Assembly: GCA_009783885.1 (NCBI GenBank)
Contig: WRCN01000007.1
Location: 16,953 to 80,952 of the forward strand
Length of the DNA stretch: 64,000 bases
Direction: 5' to 3'
Origin: Bacteroidales bacterium
GTDB lineage: Bacteria; Bacteroidota; Bacteroidia; Bacteroidales; P3
Under the pieces are notes generated by a model that had not been told where the DNA came from, did not search any database, and saw only the letters and a program-made list of their open reading frames with translations. Shown one piece after another: positions 36,078 to 44,037 of the stretch (positions are counted from its first letter, which is position 1; each line of letters opens with the position of its first letter). Position numbers and translations under genes: made by a program.

Positions 36078-36791
36078 CTAAAAACCAAAGGCTGAGCAGA
36101 GGTTTTTGTCGAAAGCTGGGGGAAGAGTAGGCAACTTTAAAGTTTGTACGCGAACATATCCTAATCTAGGCTTCCCAAACCATTTTTTAGTACACAACCA
36201 TCCGCTTAAAAATAAACCAGTAACCTGAACAGAACGAGCTTGGTTATTATAACTACCAAAACTCGGCCAGAATACTGGCCAAAAGCCATAGTAATCCACA
36301 CTGTAATTTTGTGTTTTATACAACCTGCCTAATACATTTCTATTTGCTACAGGAAAAGAAGTTTTAAATAGTTGCTCATAATAATTAAGCATTTCTACAG
36401 GTATCTCATCCATTTCCTTTTCTAGTAAGTCTAGCTCAACAGCTTTTTCATACACTGAATCGAGAAGTTTACTGATGCGATACATTTCAAGTGAGTGTAC
36501 TTCAATACAAAATTCATAAAAGGCAGCATCTACATCAAAAATATGTACAGCATCTATAGTAAGCATTGTTACATCTTCCATATCAACGTTTTTGTGTACA
36601 GGCTTTTGAAAGTCTTCCAGTAGGACATTCATTGCAAGTCCATTATAATAAACAGGGAGTTTGTTCATATCTAGAACTAGTACTTCACTATTGTCCGTTT
36701 TTAAGTTTTTGTCTTTATACTCTTCACAAGATGAGAAGATAAACGTAGCAGCAACTATTACTATTATCATTAATAAAATATATTTTTTCAT
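36078..36791 (-). CDS. Hypothetical lipoprotein; the C-terminal ~90 aa is possibly beta/gamma-crystallin-like
   Basis: Lipoprotein signal MKKYILLMIIVIVAATFIFSSC. The C-terminal region has two Greek-key-like segments ending in NNQARSVQV and FDKNLCSAF. It lies immediately upstream of the astacin gene. Confidence 0.55.
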   Translation of the reverse strand: MKKYILLMIIVIVAATFIFSSCEEYKDKNLKTDNSEVLVLDMNKLPVYYNGLAMNVLLEDFQKPVHKNVDMEDVTMLTIDAVHIFDVDAAFYEFCIEVHSLEMYRISKLLDSVYEKAVELDLLEKEMDEIPVEMLNYYEQLFKTSFPVANRNVLGRLYKTQNYSVDYYGFWPVFWPSFGSYNNQARSVQVTGLFLSGWLCTKKWFGKPRLGYVRVQTLKLPTLPPAFDKNLCSAFGF

Positions 36792-37501
36792 AACATATTG
36801 ATTTAAAGGTTAATTTTATGTCTCTTAACGTAGAGCGTCCACTTAGCATTTTATACAAGTGTACGGTTTGTGATGACATTGAAAAAAAGTTATTTTTGTC
36901 GCCAATTTTGTGCTATCGTTACAAACATACGATATATGCCTAGGTGCAGCAGAGCAGGGTTGGGTAAATACTATGTTTCAAGGCAATAAATACCTTTCCC
37001 GGCAACGCACCTTTATGTTATCGCCCTCTGCCAACAGGCGCACACAATGGCAGAGGCTTACGCCTCAAAGTCATTTTTACCTAAATACCATATATCATTA
37101 TAAATAGGCAAATAGATATCGGTATAAAAGCATGAATGAACAAATAGAAGAAAAGAGAAATTTATGGTTAATGTAGAATATGTATCGTACAAAAAAAACT
37201 TACTTACAAAAATATTACACAAACGTGCAATGGCTTTATTAGATATATCGGCGGCTTTCATATAGTCGGAGATTCTGATAATAAACGTCAATGCAAAAAT
37301 ATTAAAAATATAACCCTCCTCGAAAAAGAAAAAATAGTTTTCTGTTACACTTTCTTCGCCCAAATTCTATCCCAAGTACTCATTTTTTAATCCCTAATAC
37401 GCGCCAGGCGCAACCTTTAAATAAAACTGCAGTTAATGTTCAAAATTTCAGCAATTTATCAACGCACACTGCCCTGCATTCCCTTCAATTTTAACTACAC
37501 G

Positions 37502-37509
37502 CAAAGATA
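37502..37509 (-). promoter_or_regulatory. Orphan -7 promoter box (TATCTTTG on minus strand), about 710 nt upstream of the nearest minus-strand gene
   Basis: The minus strand reads GAAAAAAAGTTGTATCTTTGCGTG. Confidence 0.35.
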
Positions 37510-37602
37510 CAACTTTTTTTCAAACTATGCAATACTTTCTTAAAAAATTTATACACAAACCAAAAAAGATTAAAAGTGTTGCGCAATTTGTATATTTTTT
37601 TG

Positions 37603-37610
37603 TATCTTTG
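37603..37610 (+). promoter_or_regulatory. -7 promoter box TATCTTTG
   Basis: TTTTTTTGTATCTTTGCAAAAAC lies 16 nt upstream of the rmuC ATG at 37627. Confidence 0.55.
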
Positions 37611-37626
37611 CAAAAACATTATCTAT

Positions 37627-38862
37627 ATGCTGACAACAATTCTACTCATATCACTGCTTGTTTTAACCATCCTTAACATTTGGATTTCACTCTCTCAAAA
37701 ACCCAAAGACCACACGGAGGACATCAAAACCACATTCATAAAGTTCGATACCAACCTTTCGCGTATAGACCCGCTCATGCGCGAAGAATTTGATCGAAGC
37801 CGAAAAGAGCTGCAAAACAATCGCGAAGAACTGAATAAATCCTTAAAAGATAATCGCGAAGAGCAAAGCAAATCCATCGAAAAAATTCGCGAAACCATTG
37901 AAATCAAACTGAAATCCATTCAAGAGGACAACAACAAACGGTTGGAGGAAATGCGCAAAACCGTTAATGAAAAACTGCAAGAAACGGTTGAAAAACGCTT
38001 CAACGAATCATTCAAACTCATCAGCGAACGCTTGGAACAAGTACACAAAGGACTCGGTGAAATGCAAACGCTGGCTTCGGGTGTAGGCGATTTGAAAAAA
38101 GTTTTAACCAATGTAAAAACTCGCGGAAATCTTGGAGAAATACAACTTGGCGCAATTCTAGAACAAATTCTTTCGCCCGAACAATACGAACAAAACGCTG
38201 CCGTGAAAAAAGGAAGTTTGGAACGCGTGGAATACGTGGTTAAACTTCCGGATAAAAATACAGAAGATCAATTGGTGCTTTTACCAATCGATTCAAAATT
38301 TCCAACCGAAGACTATCAAAGGCTTTTAGAGGCTTATGAACATTCTAAAGATGTGGATGTTATATCCAAACAATTCGAAAACTCAGTCAAAAAGAATGCC
38401 AAAGATATTCGCGATAAATACATTAATCCGCCAATTACAACGGATTTCGCGATTATGTTTGTGCCTACAGAAGGTTTGTATGCTGAGATTTTACGACGAA
38501 CCGGATTGTTTGAAACACTACAAAGAGACTACAAAATTACGGTTGTTGGGCCAACAAATTTAGTCGCATTTTTGAGCAGTTTGCAAATGGGATTTCGAAC
38601 CTTAGCTATTGAAAAACAAACGAGCAAAGTGTGGGAAACCTTAGGCACTGTAAAAAATGAATTCGGAAAGTTTGGCGATGTATTAGAAAAAACCAAAAAG
38701 AAATTGCAAGAAGCCACAAACGTGATTGATGATGCTTCTGTGCGTTCGCGTGCGATTGAGCGTAGTTTGCGAACTGTGCAGAAACTACCCTCCGAACAAA
38801 CAACGGCATTATTGGACGAGGTAATTGACATTGAAATAGAGGAGGAAGATGGCCAAAGGTAA
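37627..38862 (+). CDS. rmuC: DNA recombination protein RmuC
   Basis: N-terminal TM helix, then a long coiled coil, then a C-terminal RmuC nuclease-like region (VEYVVKLPD ... LPIDSKFP ... FAIMFVPTEGLY). Confidence 0.85.
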   Translation: MLTTILLISLLVLTILNIWISLSQKPKDHTEDIKTTFIKFDTNLSRIDPLMREEFDRSRKELQNNREELNKSLKDNREEQSKSIEKIRETIEIKLKSIQEDNNKRLEEMRKTVNEKLQETVEKRFNESFKLISERLEQVHKGLGEMQTLASGVGDLKKVLTNVKTRGNLGEIQLGAILEQILSPEQYEQNAAVKKGSLERVEYVVKLPDKNTEDQLVLLPIDSKFPTEDYQRLLEAYEHSKDVDVISKQFENSVKKNAKDIRDKYINPPITTDFAIMFVPTEGLYAEILRRTGLFETLQRDYKITVVGPTNLVAFLSSLQMGFRTLAIEKQTSKVWETLGTVKNEFGKFGDVLEKTKKKLQEATNVIDDASVRSRAIERSLRTVQKLPSEQTTALLDEVIDIEIEEEDGQR

Positions 38863-38911
38863 AGGGTGAAAAGACAAAAAACCTTTTACCCTTAACCCTC
38901 GATAGCAAACA

Positions 38912-38936
38912 GATCCCTCACTTCGTTCGGGATGAC
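38912..38936. repeat. Single diverged hairpin unit (core TCACTTCGTTC)
   Basis: GATCCC-TCACTTCGTTC-GGGATGAC. It supplies the spurious upstream ATG of the pepD ORF. Confidence 0.7.
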
Positions 38937-38967
38937 AACAGACAACAATATAAATACTAAACATACT

Positions 38968-40407
38968 ATGGAACCAAAAATTCTTTGGAATTATTTCCTC
39001 GAAATCCTCAAAATCCCGCATGCATCGGGAAAAGAAGAAAAACTACGAAACTATCTAATCGACATCGCCAAACAACACAATTTGGAATATTCGGTTGATA
39101 AAGTCGGAAATTTACTAATTTGCAAACCCGCCACAAAAGGTTATGAAGACCGAAAAACTGTAGTTTTGCAAAGCCATATCGACATGGTTTGTGAAAAAAA
39201 CAATGATGTCGTTTTCGATTTCGACAAAGACCCGATTCAATACGAAATCGTCGACGGTTGGATTAAAGGCAAAGGCACGACATTAGGCGCAGACAACGGA
39301 ATTGGCGTTGCCGCACAGCTTGCAGTTTTAACTTCGAATGATATCGAACACGGCAACATCGAATGTTTGTTCACAGTAGAGGAAGAAACCGGTTTGACAG
39401 GTGCTGCCGGATTAGAACAAAATTGGATGAAAGCCGAAATCTTACTCAATTTGGATTCGGAGGACGACGGACAGTTTTTCATGGGTTGCGCCGGTGGAAT
39501 TGATACTGCAATTACTCTCCCCTATTCTCTCGAAGAACTTCCGAATACCTACAAATGCTATGAAATCGTCGTAAAAGGTTTAGCAGGCGGACATTCGGGC
39601 GACGACATCAACAAAGGTCGTGAAAATGCGCTCAAACTCTGTAATCGCGTTCTACTCACCGGAATTAGAAGTTATGATTTGAAATTAAATCAATTCGTTG
39701 GTGGAAATTTACGCAATGCTATTCCACGCGAAGCCTCTGCAAAAATCGCTGTACCGTCTGAAAAATCACAGAATTTCGAAAAATTTGTTAACGAATTTTA
39801 TGGATTGGTGAAAAAAGAATTGCCAGTGACCGAACCTAATGTTGTGGTACAATTACAACCGATCGAACCCTTCGCGGAAGCGCTCCCAAACGCGGAAACC
39901 GAAAAATTGGTAAAAGCCCTCGCAGCTGCGCCGCACGGCGTTATCCGCATGGCATCTGACATTCCAAATTTTGTGGAAACATCTACGAATTTAGCTGCCA
40001 TCAAAATGCAAAATGGTGAAATTTTAATCACCACTTCGCAACGCAGTTCAATCGAATCGCGCAAGTATGAAGTGGCAGACCAAGTGGCTTCAACATTCCA
40101 GTTGATTGGCGCTAAAACTAAGCATGGCGACGGTTACCCGGGATGGGCACCCAACATCAATTCGCCAATTTTGAAAGTGGCTTTGGATGCTTTCAAACGT
40201 TTGTATAACGAGGAAGGACAAGCCTTAGCCATCCATGCAGGCTTGGAATGCGGCTTGATTAGCGAAAAATATCCGAACATGGATATGGTTTCTTACGGCC
40301 CTACTATGCGTGGCGTGCATTCGCCGGACGAACGCATGAACATTGCCACTGTCGAGCGTTTTTGGGATTTGACACTGGAAATTTTGAAGAATATTCCGAA
40401 ACGGTAA
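38968..40407 (+). CDS. pepD: Aminoacyl-histidine dipeptidase (Xaa-His dipeptidase, M20C)
   Basis: The N-terminus MEPKILWNYFLEILKIPHASGKEEKL, HIDMV, TTLGADNGIG and EEETGLTGA are PepD hallmarks. Confidence 0.85.
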   Translation: MEPKILWNYFLEILKIPHASGKEEKLRNYLIDIAKQHNLEYSVDKVGNLLICKPATKGYEDRKTVVLQSHIDMVCEKNNDVVFDFDKDPIQYEIVDGWIKGKGTTLGADNGIGVAAQLAVLTSNDIEHGNIECLFTVEEETGLTGAAGLEQNWMKAEILLNLDSEDDGQFFMGCAGGIDTAITLPYSLEELPNTYKCYEIVVKGLAGGHSGDDINKGRENALKLCNRVLLTGIRSYDLKLNQFVGGNLRNAIPREASAKIAVPSEKSQNFEKFVNEFYGLVKKELPVTEPNVVVQLQPIEPFAEALPNAETEKLVKALAAAPHGVIRMASDIPNFVETSTNLAAIKMQNGEILITTSQRSSIESRKYEVADQVASTFQLIGAKTKHGDGYPGWAPNINSPILKVALDAFKRLYNEEGQALAIHAGLECGLISEKYPNMDMVSYGPTMRGVHSPDERMNIATVERFWDLTLEILKNIPKR

Positions 40408-40442
40408 ACAATAAAAAATTTGCATATATCAAAAAAAAATCG

Positions 40443-40450
40443 TATCTTTG
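40443..40450 (+). promoter_or_regulatory. -7 promoter box TATCTTTG
   Basis: AAATCGTATCTTTGCAAGATG. Only 4 nt separate the box from the bamD ATG. Confidence 0.55.
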
Positions 40451-40454
40451 CAAG

Positions 40455-41264
40455 ATGATTTTTCGTAGACTGACATATTACGCCGTATTCGCAACGGTGA
40501 TTTTGCTTTCGGCTTGTAATAAGGAATACAGACAGATTCAGAGATCAAACGACTCGGAAGCCAAGTTTGCTTTTGCCATGAAAATGTACGAAGCGGGCAA
40601 TTATTCTCGTGCATTGTCGATTTTTGAAGATATACAGCCTTTTATGCGAGGACGGGAAAATTTTGAAATCATGACCTACACCATGGCTCATGCGTATTTC
40701 AAAAGTCGCGACTTTTTCATGGCAGCTCACGCATTTCAAGGTTATACGCGCCTTTTTCCAAACAGCGAAAGAACCGAAGAAGCGTTCTTCATGGGAGCCT
40801 ATTGCATGATGTTGGATGTGCCGTATTACAAGTTAGACCAAACAAATGCACACACTGCAATCAGGCAATTCCAACTGTTTATCAACTCTTATCCGAGAAG
40901 TCCGAGAGTGAAAGAAGCCAACGAATTTATTGATGCTTTGCGCTTGCAATTAGCGCAAAAGGCTTTCGCTTTGGCAAACAACTATTATCGTCGTTCGCTG
41001 TTTCTCTCGGCATCCGTGTCTTTTAAAAATGTAATCAGAGATTTTCCTGAAACGAGATTTCGCGAAGAAGCAATGTACATGAATGTAAAAAGTCTTTACT
41101 TTTACGCCCATCACAGTATTCGTGAAAGGCAAGTTGAGCGCTACCTAAATACCGTTGATGCTTTCGAACAATTTGAACGGGCTTATCCAGAATCCTCATA
41201 TTTAGGCAGGCTTAGGAATTTTATGATTATAACAAACAATTTTTTAGATAAACACAAAAGTTAA
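40455..41264 (+). CDS. bamD: Outer membrane protein assembly factor BamD (TPR lipoprotein)
   Basis: Lipoprotein signal MIFRRLTYYAVFATVILLSAC. About 270 aa of TPR-like helices. It follows the order bamD, small rpoZ-like gene, coaBC. Confidence 0.7.
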   Translation: MIFRRLTYYAVFATVILLSACNKEYRQIQRSNDSEAKFAFAMKMYEAGNYSRALSIFEDIQPFMRGRENFEIMTYTMAHAYFKSRDFFMAAHAFQGYTRLFPNSERTEEAFFMGAYCMMLDVPYYKLDQTNAHTAIRQFQLFINSYPRSPRVKEANEFIDALRLQLAQKAFALANNYYRRSLFLSASVSFKNVIRDFPETRFREEAMYMNVKSLYFYAHHSIRERQVERYLNTVDAFEQFERAYPESSYLGRLRNFMIITNNFLDKHKS

Positions 41265-41275
41265 AAATACAAAAA

Positions 41276-41608
41276 ATGGATTACAAAAAAACAGGTGCCG
41301 CGCAAGATTGTATAACTCGCAACATTCAAAATTTCGACAAAACCACCGGTAACATCTATGAAACCGTTGTTATTTTGGGCAAACGTGCAAATCAAATTTC
41401 GACAGACTTGAAAGACGAACTTCAAAACAAAATTTCGGAATATTCGCACGGAGCTCGTTCGGATAATATGGACGATATTTTTGAAAACCGTGAACAAATT
41501 GAAATCGCCAAATTCTACGAAACCATTCCAAAATCTACACTTTTAGCGACACAAGAACTGTTAGCCGACAAAATCTTCTTCCGCGATCCATCTAAAGAAT
41601 TAGAATAG
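41276..41608 (+). CDS. rpoZ: Probable RNA polymerase omega subunit (Bacteroidota long form)
   Basis: 110 aa. The segment NIYETVVILGKRANQIS resembles the omega core. Its position between bamD and coaBC matches my recollection of conserved synteny. Confidence 0.5.
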   Translation: MDYKKTGAAQDCITRNIQNFDKTTGNIYETVVILGKRANQISTDLKDELQNKISEYSHGARSDNMDDIFENREQIEIAKFYETIPKSTLLATQELLADKIFFRDPSKELE

Positions 41609-41617
41609 TATAAATAG

Positions 41618-42931
41618 ATGTCTCTCGCAGGCAAAAATATCATTGTAGGAATTAGCGGAGGGATTGCAGCTTACAAAACTCTTTCGCTTATTCGGCTTTT
41701 CGTGAAAAACGGGGCTAATGTAAAAGTTGTTGTAACACCGAATGCCCTGAATTTTGTAACAAAATTATCATTGCAAACGCTGTCGAAAAATAAAATTTAC
41801 GACAGCGTTTTTTCTGAAATCAACGACTATTCGACCGAACATATTGCTTTGACTGATTGGGCTGATATGATGGTTGTTGCACCTGCCACAGCAAATATCA
41901 TCGGGAAATTCGCCACCGGTATTGCAGATGATGCCCTATCAACAACATTTTTAGCATTCGACAAACCTGTTTTTATTGCACCTGCAATGAACAACAAAAT
42001 GTACGAAAATCCGGCTGTTCAACGCAATTTACAAACGTTAATTGAGTGTGGCATTCATACGATTGAATCCCCAATCGGCGAATTGGCATGTGGTTGCGAA
42101 GGCAAAGGCAGAATGGAAGAACCTGAGGTGATTTTTGAGCGTATCACCGGTTTTTTTTTGACCTTAGAACATGCTGACCATGCTCCTACAAAACCGTTTT
42201 GTGGCAAAAAGGTTTTGGTAACGGCAGGTCCGACTTACGAAGTCATAGACCCCGTTCGATTTATTGGTAATCATTCATCAGGATTGATGGGGATTTGCAT
42301 TGCCGATGAGCTTGCTGATCGCGGTGCAGAAGTGATTTTAGTTTGTGGACCAAGTGTGATCAAATCGAAAAATTCTTCGGTTAAACGTATGGATGTTGTT
42401 TCTGCAAAAGACATGTTTGACGTTTGTAAACAACATTTCGAAACTGCTGATATTACCGTGTGTTCAGCAGCTGTTGCGGATTATACCCCAAAACAAATTG
42501 CATCACAAAAAATCAAGAAAAAAGACAATGATTTAGTCCTGAAACTCACCAAAACTCCTGATATTTTAGGTTATTTAGGTGAACATAAAACTTCTGAACA
42601 ATTTTTAGTTGGTTTCGCATTAGAAACGGAAAACGAATTTCAAAACGCCGAAACCAAGCTAAAATCAAAGCATTTGGATATGCTCGTTTTAAATTCTTTG
42701 AATGATGAAGGCGCAGGTTTTGGGCATATCACAAACAAAATTTCTATGCTTTTTAAACAAGGCACGGGTTGCGCTTCGACTCCGCTCAGCGCACGGACAT
42801 TGAGCGGAGCCGAAATGTCCGCGCCCACGATTAAACATTTTGAACTAAAAAATAAGATGGATGTGGCGAAGGATATTGTTGATGAAATTTTCAAAGCCGT
42901 CATGTCGAGCGCAGTCGAGACATCCCCTTAA
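41618..42931 (+). CDS. coaBC: Bifunctional phosphopantothenoylcysteine decarboxylase / phosphopantothenate-cysteine ligase, with repeat-encoded insert and tail
   Basis: CoaC motifs GISGGIAAYK and PAMNxxM. CoaB motifs VTAGPTxExIDPVRFIxNxSSG and AAVADY. The insert TGCASTPLSARTLSGAEMSAP and the tail VMSSAVETSP are encoded by repeats. Confidence 0.9.
   Translation: MSLAGKNIIVGISGGIAAYKTLSLIRLFVKNGANVKVVVTPNALNFVTKLSLQTLSKNKIYDSVFSEINDYSTEHIALTDWADMMVVAPATANIIGKFATGIADDALSTTFLAFDKPVFIAPAMNNKMYENPAVQRNLQTLIECGIHTIESPIGELACGCEGKGRMEEPEVIFERITGFFLTLEHADHAPTKPFCGKKVLVTAGPTYEVIDPVRFIGNHSSGLMGICIADELADRGAEVILVCGPSVIKSKNSSVKRMDVVSAKDMFDVCKQHFETADITVCSAAVADYTPKQIASQKIKKKDNDLVLKLTKTPDILGYLGEHKTSEQFLVGFALETENEFQNAETKLKSKHLDMLVLNSLNDEGAGFGHITNKISMLFKQGTGCASTPLSARTLSGAEMSAPTIKHFELKNKMDVAKDIVDEIFKAVMSSAVETSP
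42761..42826. repeat. GAGCG-core two-unit element inserted in frame in coaBC
   Basis: TGCGC-TTCGACTCCGCTCA-GCGCA, then GGACAT-TGAGCGGAGCCGAA-ATGTCC. Confidence 0.85.
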
Positions 42932-42964
42932 GCAGGGGGATTCCTCGACTACGCTCCGAATGAC
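42899..42964. repeat. GAGCG-core hairpin pair spanning the coaBC stop codon
   Basis: GTCATGTC-GAGCGCAGTCGA-GACATCCCC, loop TTAAGCA (the TAA stop lies in the loop), then GGGGGATTCC-TCGACTACGCTC-CGAATGAC. Confidence 0.85.
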
Positions 42965-43011
42965 GGACAAACAACTAAACAATTAAGCGACTAAACAACT
43001 AAACAAAACAT

Positions 43012-43917
43012 ATGAAAGGAAAAAGTTTAATCTCCATCAACGATTACAGCAAAGACGAAATGTTACGCATTTTAGACATTGCTGAAGATTTTGAAAAACA
43101 ACCTCATCAACCGATTTTGAGCGACAAGGTCGTATCAACACTGTTTTTTGAGCCATCCACACGCACGCGATTGAGTTTTGAGTCGGCCGCCAATCAATTA
43201 GGCGCACGCGTGATTGGTTTTTCAGACGCCAATTCGAGCAGCACGAAAAAAGGCGAATCCCTAAAAGACACCATTCTTACGGTAGCCTGTTATTCCGATC
43301 TCATCGTGATGCGTCATCCTCTTGCCGGAAGCGCAAGATGGGCAAGCGAAGTATCGCCTGTACCCATTATCAATGCAGGCGATGGTGCAAATCAACATCC
43401 GACACAATGTTTGCTGGATTTGTATTCCATTCGTAAAACGCAAGGCAAGTTGGATAAACTGAACATCGCATTTGTTGGCGATTTGAAATACGGACGGACC
43501 GTGCATTCGCTAACGATCGCAATGTGTAACTTTGATACAACATTTCATCTCATTTCGCCCGACGAGTTGAAATTACCGAGTTACGTGAAGCAACACATCA
43601 AAAACAAAAAATTAGAATACCACCAATACCGCACGATTGAGGAGGCTATCGGCAAAGCCGACATCCTCTACATGACCCGCGTGCAACGCGAACGCTTTGC
43701 CGATCCAATCGAATACGAGAACGTGAAAAATTCATACATCCTCACTAAAAATCAACTCAAAGGTTGCAAAGAAAATCTAAAAGTATTACATCCCCTACCC
43801 CGTGTAAACGAAATCTCTGAAAACGTTGACAACACACCGCAAGCGTATTATTTTCAACAGGCACAGAATGGCGTTTACGTCCGCCAGGCGTTGTTGGCAA
43901 CAATATTAGGGGCATAA
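43012..43917 (+). CDS. pyrB: Aspartate carbamoyltransferase catalytic subunit
   Basis: Motifs STRTR, HPxQ and HPLPR. 301 aa. Confidence 0.9.
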   Translation: MKGKSLISINDYSKDEMLRILDIAEDFEKQPHQPILSDKVVSTLFFEPSTRTRLSFESAANQLGARVIGFSDANSSSTKKGESLKDTILTVACYSDLIVMRHPLAGSARWASEVSPVPIINAGDGANQHPTQCLLDLYSIRKTQGKLDKLNIAFVGDLKYGRTVHSLTIAMCNFDTTFHLISPDELKLPSYVKQHIKNKKLEYHQYRTIEEAIGKADILYMTRVQRERFADPIEYENVKNSYILTKNQLKGCKENLKVLHPLPRVNEISENVDNTPQAYYFQQAQNGVYVRQALLATILGA

Positions 43918-43918
43918 T

Positions 43919-43999
43919 GTAGGGGCGACCCCTTGTGGTCGCCCTCGTTGATATTTAACACAATTGCAAGTAAGGGCGACCACAAGGAGTCGCCCCTAC
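43919..43999. repeat. Inverted doublet of GTAG-headed REP-like hairpins (REPIN/BIME-like)
   Basis: 43919-43946 reads GTAGGGGCGAC-CCCTTGTG-GTCGCCC. The minus strand of 43974-43999 reads GTAGGGGCGAC-TCCTTGTG-GTCGCCC. The two copies differ by 1 nt and have a 27-nt spacer. Confidence 0.8.
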
Positions 44000-44037
44000 A
44001 CAATAAAAAATAAATTTTCAATCCAAATTCAAACCCC

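Noticed and set aside
36940-37070. Known riboswitch classes (cobalamin, TPP, SAM) or SRP/6S/RNase P RNA in the GC-richer patch of the islet flank.
   Set aside because: I could not find the conserved core sequences I remember for these classes (for example the cobalamin B12 box, the TPP CUGAGA / ACCUGA elements or the SRP domain IV motif). It is reported only as unexplained structure.
37058-37363. 101-aa ORF on the minus strand in the islet flank.
   Set aside because: It has a TTG start, a low-complexity Phe/Ile/Tyr-rich sequence typical of AT-rich non-coding DNA, and no signal peptide or motif. It cannot be excluded as a small membrane protein.
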